Assembly: GCA_020722265.1 (NCBI GenBank)
Contig: DYLA01000004.1
Location: forward strand, 1-42,080
Length of the DNA stretch: 42,080 nt
Direction: 5' to 3'
DNA from: Anaerolinea sp.
GTDB taxonomy: Bacteria > Chloroflexota > Anaerolineae > UBA4142
In this document: piece by piece, positions 15,878-24,698 of the stretch
How the letters are laid out: the number at the start of each line of letters is the position of its first letter
Position numbering within the stretch: the stretch's first letter is position 1
Made by a program: the position numbers and the translations under genes
The notes under the pieces: model-generated
The model's database searches: none
Seen by the model: the letters and a program-made list of their open reading frames with translations, nothing else
What the model was told of the DNA's origin: nothing

Positions 15878-16843
15878 ATGTCAACGACACTTCCCGTCAC
15901 CTTCGCCGACGTGCGCGCCGCCGCCGAACGACTGCGCGGCGTCGCCAATCGTACGCCGGTGCTTACCTCGCGCACGTTCGACGCGCTGACCGGGCGCGAG
16001 GTGTTTTTCAAGTGCGAGAACTTGCAGCGCGGCGGCGCGTTCAAATTTCGCGGCGCATACAATCGGCTGTGCCAACTGAGCGATGATGAGAAACGGCGCG
16101 GCGTCGTCGCGTTTTCGTCCGGCAATCACGCCCAGGGGGTCGCGCTCGCCGCAAAATTGCTGAACATTCCGGCGACTATCGTTATGCCGGACGACGCGCC
16201 TGCGATCAAACTCGCGGCGACGCGCGGCTATGGCGCAGAGGTCATCGTTTACGACCGGCTGACCGGCAGTCGCGAGCAGATGGCGCGCCAACTCGCGGCA
16301 GAGCGCGGGCTAACGCTCGTGCCGCCGTTCGACGATCCGCACATCATCGCAGGGCAAGGCACCACCGCGCTCGAACTGCTCGAAGAGGTGCCAGACCTCG
16401 ACGCGCTGGTTGCGCCAGTAGGCGGCGGCGGACTCATCAGCGGTTGCGCGGTCGCGGCAAAAGCGCTGCGCCCAGCCATCGCAGTCTACGGCGTCGAAGC
16501 GGAGGGCGCGGACGATGCCAAGCAGTCGCTCGCGCGCGGCGAAATCGTCCACATTCCGCCGCCCGCGACGATTGCCGATGGTATCCGCACGCAGTCGGTG
16601 GGCGCGTTGACGTTCGCGATGATGCGCGCGTTGTTGGGCGACATCGTACTGGTGAACGACGCGGAGATCGTGGAGGCGGTGCGCTTTATGCTGCTGCGCA
16701 TGAAAATCGTCGTCGAGCCGACCGGCGCGGTGCCGATCGCGGCGGTGATGCAGAATCGGATTCCCGCCAGCGCGCGACGCGTCGGCGTAATCGTCAGTGG
16801 CGGGAATATCGGGATGGAGTTGTTGCGGGCGATTGCGGTGTAG
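15878..16843 (+). CDS. PLP-dependent threonine/serine dehydratase family (hydroxyaspartate ammonia-lyase-like)
   Basis: KCENLQRGGAFKFRGA, SSGNHAQG, PVGGGGL, VEPTGA, SGGN. Confidence 0.9.
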   Translation: MSTTLPVTFADVRAAAERLRGVANRTPVLTSRTFDALTGREVFFKCENLQRGGAFKFRGAYNRLCQLSDDEKRRGVVAFSSGNHAQGVALAAKLLNIPATIVMPDDAPAIKLAATRGYGAEVIVYDRLTGSREQMARQLAAERGLTLVPPFDDPHIIAGQGTTALELLEEVPDLDALVAPVGGGGLISGCAVAAKALRPAIAVYGVEAEGADDAKQSLARGEIVHIPPPATIADGIRTQSVGALTFAMMRALLGDIVLVNDAEIVEAVRFMLLRMKIVVEPTGAVPIAAVMQNRIPASARRVGVIVSGGNIGMELLRAIAV

Positions 16844-16905
16844 GGTGTTCGCGTTGCCGGTTTGCGATTCTTGCGGTAAAATGCCGCGCGAGGGGGCGAA
16901 ACGAG

Positions 16906-17889
16906 ATGCGCTGGCTGAATCTCGACGACTGGAGGGCGGTTTGGCAGTTGCAGGCGAGCGGAACGCAGTTGGATTTGGAGCGCGCCGTGCTATGGCCTCA
17001 CACGCCGCTGCAAGCCGCATGGCGCGCGCCTTGGCCGTTTAGCCCGATTGGTGCGGAGACGATCGTGTTGTATCCGTCCGCGTCGTCCGCGCGCGCGCTG
17101 GGGTTCGCGCAGGTGCGCGCGCGCCACGGGCGGCCGGAAGCGGACGTCGTCTTTCTCGCGCCCGCGCTCGATAGTTGTGCCGACGCGGTTTCGATTTGGT
17201 ATCGGCTGCTCGCCGAGTGCACGCAAGTTCTGGGTGGGCGCGGGGGACAACGTTTGTTCGCACAGGTGGCGAGTGGAGATGGGGCGGAGGAAGTTTTTCG
17301 GCAAGCCGGTTTCGTGACGTACGCGCGCGAAGGGATTTATCGTCTGAACCAGTTGCCTCCCGATTTGAGTCGGCGCGAGATGCGGCTGCGCCGTCAACGT
17401 GCGCGCGATGGCTGGGACTTGTTGCGGATGTACGCGCAACTGACCCCGCGCCCGGTGCAGATCGCCGAAGGGATGCTTTCGCCGGAGGGCCAGGGGGGCA
17501 AGGTGGGCGAGTGGTGGGACCAGTCGCGCGGGGCGGGCTTTATCCTCCAAGTGGAGGGGGAATTGGTGGGCGCGGCGCGAGTGCGGCGCGGACGCGCGGC
17601 GTACTGGTTGCGCTTGGGGTTGTCCGCGCCAGAGCAAAGCGACGCGCTGCTGCGCGGTGCGCTGGCGTCGTTGTGGGCGGCACCGCGACGTCCGATTTAC
17701 TGCGGGGTGCGCGATTACGAAAGTGGGCTGACGGACGCGCTCGGGCGCGCTGGGTTCGAGCGGCTGGGCGAACGCGCGTTGATGGTCAAGCATATCACCG
17801 CGCGGGCGAAAGAGCCGCTGATTCCCTTGATTCCCACACTGGAGAAACGCGCCGAGCCCGCCGCGAGCGCGTCGCATCCTGTGGGTTAG
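16906..17889 (+). CDS. Hypothetical protein, probable degenerate tandem GNAT fold
   Basis: Two halves each ending in an xxxAGF motif (FRQAGF, LGRAGF); upstream TAAAAT -10; start trimmed to ATG 16906. Confidence 0.55.
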   Translation: MRWLNLDDWRAVWQLQASGTQLDLERAVLWPHTPLQAAWRAPWPFSPIGAETIVLYPSASSARALGFAQVRARHGRPEADVVFLAPALDSCADAVSIWYRLLAECTQVLGGRGGQRLFAQVASGDGAEEVFRQAGFVTYAREGIYRLNQLPPDLSRREMRLRRQRARDGWDLLRMYAQLTPRPVQIAEGMLSPEGQGGKVGEWWDQSRGAGFILQVEGELVGAARVRRGRAAYWLRLGLSAPEQSDALLRGALASLWAAPRRPIYCGVRDYESGLTDALGRAGFERLGERALMVKHITARAKEPLIPLIPTLEKRAEPAASASHPVG

Positions 17890-17945
17890 TGGGTCTGGAC
17901 TGTTGCCAGTCGCTTGACAAGCGGTTGAAACCGCAGCAACACCCA
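17890..17945. repeat. Structured intergenic palindrome (REP-like)
   Basis: Nested stems GTGGGT/ACCCAC, TGTTGC/GCAACA and hairpin GCGGT-TGAA-ACCGC. Confidence 0.45.
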
Positions 17946-18057
17946 CGTGCAGCCGCCCTGCGGTGCCGGACGGCGAACTAGAGGATTGGGGGGCTTGCAG
18001 TCGCCGGAATGTCTGGAAGGTCACCATGCGAACCAAACTTGCAAAGGATGAGAAAAT

Positions 18058-19374
18058 TTGCGTCATCTGATTCTGGCTTTTATTCTCCTCGCCTACCTCG
18101 TGCTGGGCGCGCTCTACGCTGTCTTCACCCCCAAATGGCAAGCGCCCGATGAGCCCGCGCATTTCAACTACGTCCGCACGATCGGTGAAACGGGTGGGTT
18201 GCCTGTGCTACAGGTTGGCGATTACGATCAAGCGTACCTCGAGCAAATCAAAGCCGCGAAATTTCCCGCCACGATGAGCGTTGACGCGATCCGCTACGAG
18301 GCGTACCAACCGCCGCTGTACTACCTTGCCGCGACGCCCGTGTATCTGCTCGCCCGCGGCGCGGGGCTGGAGGCGACGGTGCTCGCACTCCGCCTATTCT
18401 CGGTCGCGCTCGGTGCGCTCGCACTGCTCGTCGCGTTCCGCATCGTCCGCGCGATTTTCCCCGACGACGATGTGCTCGCGCTGGCAATCGTCGGCGTGAT
18501 GGCGACGGTACCGCAACATCTGGCGGTCAGCGCGTCCATCAGCAACGATTTGGCGGCGGAACTGGTGCTGCTGCTGATTCTGTGGCTCGCCGTCAAGCGC
18601 GCCCAAAACGCAATTCGCCATTCGCAATTCGTCATTCTCGGCGGCATTTTGTACGGCGCAGCCTTGCTCACCAAGACGACGGCGTACGTGCCTGGCGCGT
18701 TGTTGCTCTTGGGCGCGGCAATTGCTCACGGCGGTCAGCGGTCGGCGGTCATCAGTCAGATCATCAAATTGATTGCGCTGGCATTGCTCATCGCCTCCCC
18801 GATGTTGATTCGCGGCGCGCTCACCTACGGCGTCACCGATCCGCTGGGCATCGCGCGGCACGACGCGGTGGTAGCGGGGCAGCCGACGACGGCAGAGGTG
18901 CTCGCGCAGCGCGGTGCCGCGCGCGTCGCGTTCGACTTGGGCGCGGTCACGTTCAAATCGTTCTGGGCGCAATTCGGTTGGATGGGCGTGTTGGTGAACG
19001 ACCGCATTTACGTCGCGCTCGCGTTGTGGGGTGCGGTCGCGCTCGTGGGTTTCGCATTTTACGTTTTGCGTTTGATGCGCCATCCGACCGCGCTGATCCC
19101 GACGCAACGCGCGGGTGTGGGTTGGCTGATGTTGCTCCTGGTCGCCGCGTTCGCCGATTACGTGGCGTACAATTTCAAGTTTTTGCAATTTCAGGGCCGC
19201 TATCTTTTTCCCGCGCTGGTTTCCATCGCGTTCGTCCTCGTCGTCGGCTTGCGCGAACTGATCGCGCGCGAGTATCAGCGCGTCGTTTTCGCGTTGCTGT
19301 ACCTCGCGCTGCTCGCGCTCGATCTCGTATGCCTGTTCGGGTTCATCGTGCCCCAATTGCGAATTGCGAATTAG
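18058..19374 (+). CDS. GT-C membrane glycosyltransferase (ArnT/PMT-like, DUF2142-like)
   Basis: PDEPAHFNY, QPPLYY, SND, LTK, QGRYLFP; ~11 TM. Confidence 0.8.
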   Translation: MRHLILAFILLAYLVLGALYAVFTPKWQAPDEPAHFNYVRTIGETGGLPVLQVGDYDQAYLEQIKAAKFPATMSVDAIRYEAYQPPLYYLAATPVYLLARGAGLEATVLALRLFSVALGALALLVAFRIVRAIFPDDDVLALAIVGVMATVPQHLAVSASISNDLAAELVLLLILWLAVKRAQNAIRHSQFVILGGILYGAALLTKTTAYVPGALLLLGAAIAHGGQRSAVISQIIKLIALALLIASPMLIRGALTYGVTDPLGIARHDAVVAGQPTTAEVLAQRGAARVAFDLGAVTFKSFWAQFGWMGVLVNDRIYVALALWGAVALVGFAFYVLRLMRHPTALIPTQRAGVGWLMLLLVAAFADYVAYNFKFLQFQGRYLFPALVSIAFVLVVGLRELIAREYQRVVFALLYLALLALDLVCLFGFIVPQLRIAN

Positions 19375-19423
19375 GAATGGCGGCATCGTTACAATTCGCC
19401 ATTCGAAAAATGCCGGAGGTCCG

Positions 19424-19729
19424 ATGGGTTTTCTCGCTCAACTCAAATCCCTGTTTACATCTCCTTCAGGCGAATCGAACGTGCTGATGTTGTACGTCAA
19501 ATGCAAACATTGTGGCGCGCCGCTCGCCGTGCGCGTCAACTTGGCGAACGATCTCAGCGCGGATTACGACCACGGCGGATTCGTCCTCACCAAAGAGATG
19601 ATGGACAGCCGATGCTTTACGTTGATGCGCGCGGAGATTCGCTTCGATGCGGCGCGCCAAGTCGTCGAGCGCAAGATTGACAAGGGCGAGTTTATCACTC
19701 GCGAAGAGTACGTGGCAATGAGCCAATGA
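19424..19729 (+). CDS. Small hypothetical protein (CxxC...C)
   Basis: SD GGAGG before ATG; stop overlaps next start (ATGA). Confidence 0.7.
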   Translation: MGFLAQLKSLFTSPSGESNVLMLYVKCKHCGAPLAVRVNLANDLSADYDHGGFVLTKEMMDSRCFTLMRAEIRFDAARQVVERKIDKGEFITREEYVAMSQ

Positions 19730-20808
19730 GCCAGATAGCAGTTTACCCATACCTTCTCCGACCGCGTTTGCGCGAGATGGTATGGGGTGGACAGAACCTG
19801 GCGCGTCTGCTCGATAAGAAAATCGCGCCCGAGCAGAAAATCGGCGAGACGTGGGAAGCGTGGGACGGCGGCGTGATCGCCAACGGCGTGCATCGCGGCG
19901 CGACGCTGAGCGATTTGCTCGTGCGCGACGCAGGGGCGATTCTGGGAACACGCGTGCGCGACGCTCGCTTTCCGCTCTTGTTCAAATTCATTGATGCGCG
20001 CGAGGACTTGTCGGTGCAGGTGCATCCCAGCGACGCGCAGGCGCGCGAGTTGGAACATTACCCGTTCGGCAAAACCGAGGCGTGGTACATTCTGGAGGCT
20101 GACCCTGACGCGTGTCTGATTCACGGCTTTGCGGCGGACATGGACGCGGCGCGCGTGCGCGCCCTCATCGCCGCGCAGCGGTTGCAGGACGCGCTGGCGC
20201 GCGTGCGCGTGCAGCGCGGCGATGTCATCTTTGTCCCGGCGGGCACCATCCACGCGATCCTGCGCGGCATCGTCCTCGCCGAAATTCAGGAAAACTCCGA
20301 CATCACGTACCGGCTGTACGATTGGGGACGCGCGGATGCCACGCGCCCGCTCCACATCGAACAATCGCTGCGCGTGCTGAACTATGCACGCGTGAGCGAA
20401 CACAAGATCGCCCCGCTCGCGATTCGGTGCGACGAATTCGAGCGGCACATTCTCGTCGCGTGCAAGTATTTCGCGCTGGAACGGTGGAGCGTCCGCGCGC
20501 CTATCGAACGCCTCGCACTGAACGACACCTTCCACATCGTTTCGCTCCTCGCGGGCGCGGCGGAAATCAGCGGCGCGGGCGTGCGCGTGAACGTATCGCG
20601 CGGACAGACGCTTGTGCTGCCCGCGCGCCTCGAGACGTACGGTATCGCGCCGCGCACCGCGCCATGCGAACTCTTGCGAATGTACGTCCCCGACGTGCGC
20701 GCGGACATCATCGCACCGCTAACGCGCGCGGAGCATCGCGCAGAAGAAATCGTGCGTTTGGGTGGCGCGTCGCCGCAATTCAATGATCTGATACCACTGC
20801 TTCGATAG
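19726..20808 (+). CDS. manA: Mannose-6-phosphate isomerase, class I (cupin)
   Basis: VWGG, GETWE, FPLLFKFIDA, LSVQVHP, GKTEAWYI, PAGTIHA, EIQENSDITYRLYDW. Confidence 0.92.
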   Translation: MSQIAVYPYLLRPRLREMVWGGQNLARLLDKKIAPEQKIGETWEAWDGGVIANGVHRGATLSDLLVRDAGAILGTRVRDARFPLLFKFIDAREDLSVQVHPSDAQARELEHYPFGKTEAWYILEADPDACLIHGFAADMDAARVRALIAAQRLQDALARVRVQRGDVIFVPAGTIHAILRGIVLAEIQENSDITYRLYDWGRADATRPLHIEQSLRVLNYARVSEHKIAPLAIRCDEFERHILVACKYFALERWSVRAPIERLALNDTFHIVSLLAGAAEISGAGVRVNVSRGQTLVLPARLETYGIAPRTAPCELLRMYVPDVRADIIAPLTRAEHRAEEIVRLGGASPQFNDLIPLLR

Positions 20809-20956
20809 AACAAAAAATCTACCCCTCGGTTCGCCTGCCCGGCACAGTTTTGAGCCGACTTTACTAGATACCAAAACTGTGCTATACTACCAACTGAAAT
20901 AACAGGTAGATTCTAGATGGGCGCTCCCCGCGTCTATCAGGGCAGGTGAACCGAGA

Positions 20957-21799
20957 ATGGCTAATGTCAAGATCGTCACCGACAGTCTGGCGGATATTCC
21001 TCCTGAAATTATCGAAGAATTGGACATTACTACCGTCCCGTGCGTCGTCCGCTTTGGTAGTTCCGAGTACCGCGACCGTGTTGATCTGTTTCCCCCCGAG
21101 TTCTACCACAAACTTGCGGTGAGCCATAGCTTGCCGATGACTGCCGCGCCCGGGGCAGGCGAATTCGAGCAGATTTACCGCGCGCTGGCAGAAAAGACCG
21201 ATCAGATTCTAGCGATTCACACGATTGCTTCGCTCAGCGGAATCTACAACGCATCCCGTCTCGCCGCGCAAGCGGTCCCGGATGTCCAAATCGAATTGAT
21301 TGACTCGCAGCAAGTGAGTATGTCTCTCGGCTGGCTGGTCATCCTCGCTGCGCGCGCGGCAAAAGCCGGCTACTCTCTCGCCGAGATCAAAGCGCTGGTC
21401 GAAGACGCGCGCCCGCGCGTACACATCGTCGCGATGCTAGACACGCTCAAGTACGCCGAGCGCGGCGGACGATTGTGCCAAGCGGCGGCGCTGCTCGGCA
21501 CTCTGCTCAACGTCAAACCCATCCTCTCCGCCACGCGCGGCGAAATCGTCCCCATTGGCAACGCGCGCACAGTCAAGCGCGCCCTCGAACATCTCATCGA
21601 AATCGTCCTCGCTTCCGGACCGATTCAGGAACTGGCTGTCGTGCATGCTCACGCTACCGACCTCGCCTTGTCGGTGCAAAAGACGGTTGCCCAAGCATTT
21701 CCCAACAAGCGGATTCTGTTGAGCGAAACGGGACCCGTGCTTGGCGCACACACAGGTCCCGGCGCAGTCGGAATCGCCTGGATCTCTGCCTCCGCTTGA
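20957..21799 (+). CDS. DegV family fatty-acid-binding protein (second paralog)
   Basis: KIVTDS, LSGIYN, DTLKYAERGGR, LLNVKPIL, VLGAHTGPGAVG. Confidence 0.93.
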   Translation: MANVKIVTDSLADIPPEIIEELDITTVPCVVRFGSSEYRDRVDLFPPEFYHKLAVSHSLPMTAAPGAGEFEQIYRALAEKTDQILAIHTIASLSGIYNASRLAAQAVPDVQIELIDSQQVSMSLGWLVILAARAAKAGYSLAEIKALVEDARPRVHIVAMLDTLKYAERGGRLCQAAALLGTLLNVKPILSATRGEIVPIGNARTVKRALEHLIEIVLASGPIQELAVVHAHATDLALSVQKTVAQAFPNKRILLSETGPVLGAHTGPGAVGIAWISASA

Positions 21800-21819
21800 C
21801 GCAAGAGCAGACAGTTTCG

Positions 21820-21855
21820 ACCTCTTGGGCATTTTCCCAAGAGGTTTTTGTTTTT
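21820..21855 (+). terminator. Intrinsic terminator
   Basis: 10-bp stem ACCTCTTGGG/CCCAAGAGGT followed by TTTTGTTTTT. Confidence 0.85.
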
Positions 21856-21894
21856 GCAAAATTTTGCTAAAATCTAGGAATTTTTTGATAAGGC

Positions 21895-21923
21895 TTGACA
21901 AAGTTTGATTTTTGTGTTAAATT
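21895..21923 (+). promoter_or_regulatory. Sigma70-type promoter for the DUF2089 cluster
   Basis: TTGACA-N17-TAAATT in an AT-rich intergenic region. Confidence 0.6.
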
Positions 21924-21949
21924 ATAGCCAGAAAATAGAAAGGATTTGA

Positions 21950-22342
21950 ATGATGCATCCTGTCTTTGGCAAATGCCCTGTTTGCGGCGGAGAACTGATT
22001 GTCACTCGTCTCGAATGTCGCTCTTGCGGCACGGACATCGGCGGGCAATTCGCCGTCGGTCGTCTCTCGCAGTTGAGCGCGGACGAGATTCGCTTCGTCG
22101 AAACGTTCATCAAGAATCGCGGCAATGCGTACAAAGTCGGCGAAGAACTCGAAATGCCCTACTCCACCGTGCGGGCGCGCTTGACCGAAATCATCCGCGC
22201 GATGGGGTACGAGCCGGGTGCGGAATCGAAAGAAGAAGCCGCCGCCATCTCTCCCGAAAAACGCCAAGCCATTTTGGACGACTTGGCGCGCGGGAAGATC
22301 AGTGCCGATGACGCCATCAAACTCTTGCAAGGCGAATCGTAA
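21950..22342 (+). CDS. DUF2089-family protein (Zn ribbon + HTH + SHOCT-like tail)
   Basis: CPVCG...CRSCGT, FIKNRGN...YSTVRARL, ILDDLARGKISADDAIKLL. Confidence 0.85.
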   Translation: MMHPVFGKCPVCGGELIVTRLECRSCGTDIGGQFAVGRLSQLSADEIRFVETFIKNRGNAYKVGEELEMPYSTVRARLTEIIRAMGYEPGAESKEEAAAISPEKRQAILDDLARGKISADDAIKLLQGES

Positions 22343-22353
22343 AGGAGCCCCAC

Positions 22354-23334
22354 ATGGTTGCCCACGCGACTAGCCCATCCCGCTCCGCCTTTCGCGGCGC
22401 ACGCCCTTTTGATTTTCGTACCGATTTGTACGCTGTCGCGCGCCTGCTCGAAGAGGCGTTCCGCCCCGACCACGACTTTCCGTTCGCGCGCATCCCGCTC
22501 TTGCGCGAATTCGGCATCCTCCTCTGGACCCTCGACCACCTGCTGATGTTCGAGCCGTTCGAGGGGTGGGTCTGGATCGAGGAAGGGCGCATCGTCGGTA
22601 ACCTCACCCTCACCTTCGATGCCGGCAGGAGCAATTGTTACTACATCAGCAACGTCGCCGTCGCGCCTGCCTATCGCCGCCAGGGGATTGCGCGCGCGCT
22701 GGTGCAGACCGCGCTCGAACGATTGCGCGCGCAACGCGTCGAACGCGTGCTCCTCAACGTACGCCCCGGCAACCTCGGCGCGCAGAAACTGTACGAGCAG
22801 TTGGGCTTCCAGTCGCTGGAGATGCGCGGCGAGTGGACACTGACGCAACTCTCTCTCGCCCCCCGCGGGGTAGAAGAGCGAGAGGAATGGACGCGGTGGG
22901 AGGAGGTCAACCCCCGCGCGGTCGCAGACCTTCTCCGCGTGACGACACCTGCCAAGACGCTGCTGTACCGGCGGCGTCGAAACGCTTTCGAACTGAATTG
23001 GGAAGATCGAATCGTCGAAGCGTTTCGCGACGCCTGCACCTTGCAACGCACGCGCCGCTGGGCGATTTACCACGCCGGGCGACTGGCGGCGATGACGATG
23101 GCGCGCGGGCAGCGCGTCTTTTCGCCGCACCGCATCGCCATCGAGACGCACCCCGATTTTCGCGGGCAAATCGAAGACGATTGTCTCGCGACGGCGCTGC
23201 GTTATCTGGCGCGTTTCCCATCACGCGAAATTCGCGTCGAGGCGAGCGATTCGCATCCGGAACTGATTGCCGCACTGGAACGGCGCGGGTTCGAGTTTCT
23301 CAAAGGCTTGACGTTGATGGTATTGGAATGGTAA
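22354..23334 (+). CDS. Tandem GNAT-family acetyltransferase
   Basis: ISNVAVAPAYRRQGIARAL, NLGAQKLYEQLGF; degenerate second domain HPDFRGQ...RRGF. Confidence 0.85.
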   Translation: MVAHATSPSRSAFRGARPFDFRTDLYAVARLLEEAFRPDHDFPFARIPLLREFGILLWTLDHLLMFEPFEGWVWIEEGRIVGNLTLTFDAGRSNCYYISNVAVAPAYRRQGIARALVQTALERLRAQRVERVLLNVRPGNLGAQKLYEQLGFQSLEMRGEWTLTQLSLAPRGVEEREEWTRWEEVNPRAVADLLRVTTPAKTLLYRRRRNAFELNWEDRIVEAFRDACTLQRTRRWAIYHAGRLAAMTMARGQRVFSPHRIAIETHPDFRGQIEDDCLATALRYLARFPSREIRVEASDSHPELIAALERRGFEFLKGLTLMVLEW

Positions 23335-23464
23335 GGAAGGCAGAAACGCGAACTCACTAACGGACGTGGTCTCACGATCGAGGTAGCCGATTCGGGTGAG
23401 CGCGTGCAAGTATACATCGTTTGACAAGTGACCAGAGACGCAAAACGGGAAGCGTGAGGTGAAT

Positions 23465-23851
23465 ATGGCAACTCCGGAAGAACGCATGCAAATCCTGAAA
23501 ATGATCGAAGCGAAACAAATCACGGCGGAGGATGGCGCCAAGTTACTCGCCGCGCTCGGCGAAAAAGATCGAGCCGACAGCGCGGGCGTTCACCCTTCCC
23601 CCTCGACCAGCGGCAAATGGTTTCGCGTGCGCGTGACCGATTTGCGCAGCGGCAGGCGCAAGGTCAACGTCAACATCCCACTCGGTTTGGTGGACGTTGG
23701 AATGAAGATGGGCGCCAAGTTCGCGCCGGCCGGGCTGGAGGGCTTGGACATGCAGCAAATCATCGCGGCGATCAAGCAGGGCAGCGAGGGGAAAATCGTG
23801 GACGTGGAAGATGAGGAAGACGGCGAGCATGTGGAAGTGTTCATCGAATAG
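23465..23851 (+). CDS. SHOCT-like domain protein
   Basis: EERMQILKMIEAKQITAEDGAKLLAAL N-terminus; RVRVTD...KVNVNIP...GKIVDVEDE..EHVEVFIE. Confidence 0.8.
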   Translation: MATPEERMQILKMIEAKQITAEDGAKLLAALGEKDRADSAGVHPSPSTSGKWFRVRVTDLRSGRRKVNVNIPLGLVDVGMKMGAKFAPAGLEGLDMQQIIAAIKQGSEGKIVDVEDEEDGEHVEVFIE

Positions 23852-23938
23852 AACCGACGGCCGACGAACGACTGCCGGCCGCGCAACACGAGCATCGGTT
23901 TGCGGGTGGCAGCCTGCGGATGTCACGCGAGGTATCCT

Positions 23939-24223
23939 ATGACTCTAACATTTACCGTTTCCGAGAACGTACGCGTAAGTCCGCGCGTGCCACAACCGCG
24001 TTACCGTCGTCGGCTGGGACGATGCGCGCACCGGCGCGGCAAGCACTTTTGGGGTATACGCCTTGCGCACGCGCGGAGCCGCCGGCACGACGGCGCGGAT
24101 GCACCTCGCGCCAAGCCGCGCGGTCCAGTGGCAGGCTCGCCGGAACGCAAAGCAATTCTCGACGCGATCGCGCGCGGGGAAATCAGCGTAGACGACGCGA
24201 TCAGGCAATTGACCGGCGAGTAG
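23939..24223 (+). CDS. Small basic protein with C-terminal SHOCT-like helix pair
   Basis: SD GAGGT; ERKAILDAIARGEISVDDAIRQL resembles the DUF2089 tail. Confidence 0.55.
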   Translation: MTLTFTVSENVRVSPRVPQPRYRRRLGRCAHRRGKHFWGIRLAHARSRRHDGADAPRAKPRGPVAGSPERKAILDAIARGEISVDDAIRQLTGE

Positions 24224-24275
24224 GGACAGACCGGTGTGTCCGTCCGGGCAGGGCGCACACACCGGCGCGCCTCTC
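24220..24275. repeat. GTAG-type REP pair (degenerate)
   Basis: GTAGGGACAGACCGGTGTGTCCGTCC ... GGGCGCACACACCGGCGCGCCTCT, an inverted pair of GTAG-class palindromes. Confidence 0.6.
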
Positions 24276-24299
24276 GGCGGACGTATGTTCGGAGAAAAA

Positions 24300-24683
24300 A
24301 TGCGAAACCTTTTGATTCGTCTGCTGATCAACGCGATCGCGCTTTACGTCGCCACGCGTGTCGGCATCGCCGGTCTATCGTTCGAAGGGGATTGGATGAC
24401 GATGGCGCTGGTCGCGTTCATTTTCGGTTTGGTGAACGCGCTAGTGCGCCCGGTGCTGACGTTTCTCACTTGTCCACTGCTGATCCTGACGATGGGCTTG
24501 TTTACGCTCATCATCAACGCGCTGATGCTCGCGCTCACCGGTTGGATCGCACAGCAGTTCAAACTGGGTTTTGTGGTGGATGGATTCTGGGCGGCGTTCC
24601 TCGGCGCGCTCGTCGTCAGTATCGTCAGTTTCCTCCTGACGGTGCTGCTGGGCGGCGATGAAACCCGTCGCGAAAGGAGATGA
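24300..24683 (+). CDS. 4-TM membrane protein, YvlD / phage-holin_4_2 family
   Basis: LLINAIAL, GLVNALVRPVL, PLLILTMGLFTLIINALML, GFWAAFLGALVVS. Confidence 0.88.
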   Translation: MRNLLIRLLINAIALYVATRVGIAGLSFEGDWMTMALVAFIFGLVNALVRPVLTFLTCPLLILTMGLFTLIINALMLALTGWIAQQFKLGFVVDGFWAAFLGALVVSIVSFLLTVLLGGDETRRERR

Positions 24684-24698
24684 TAAGAAAGAGGTTTT

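Noticed and set aside
24300-24683. Prophage suggested by a 'holin family' protein
   Set aside because: The YvlD-like family is commonly chromosomal; no phage genes nearby
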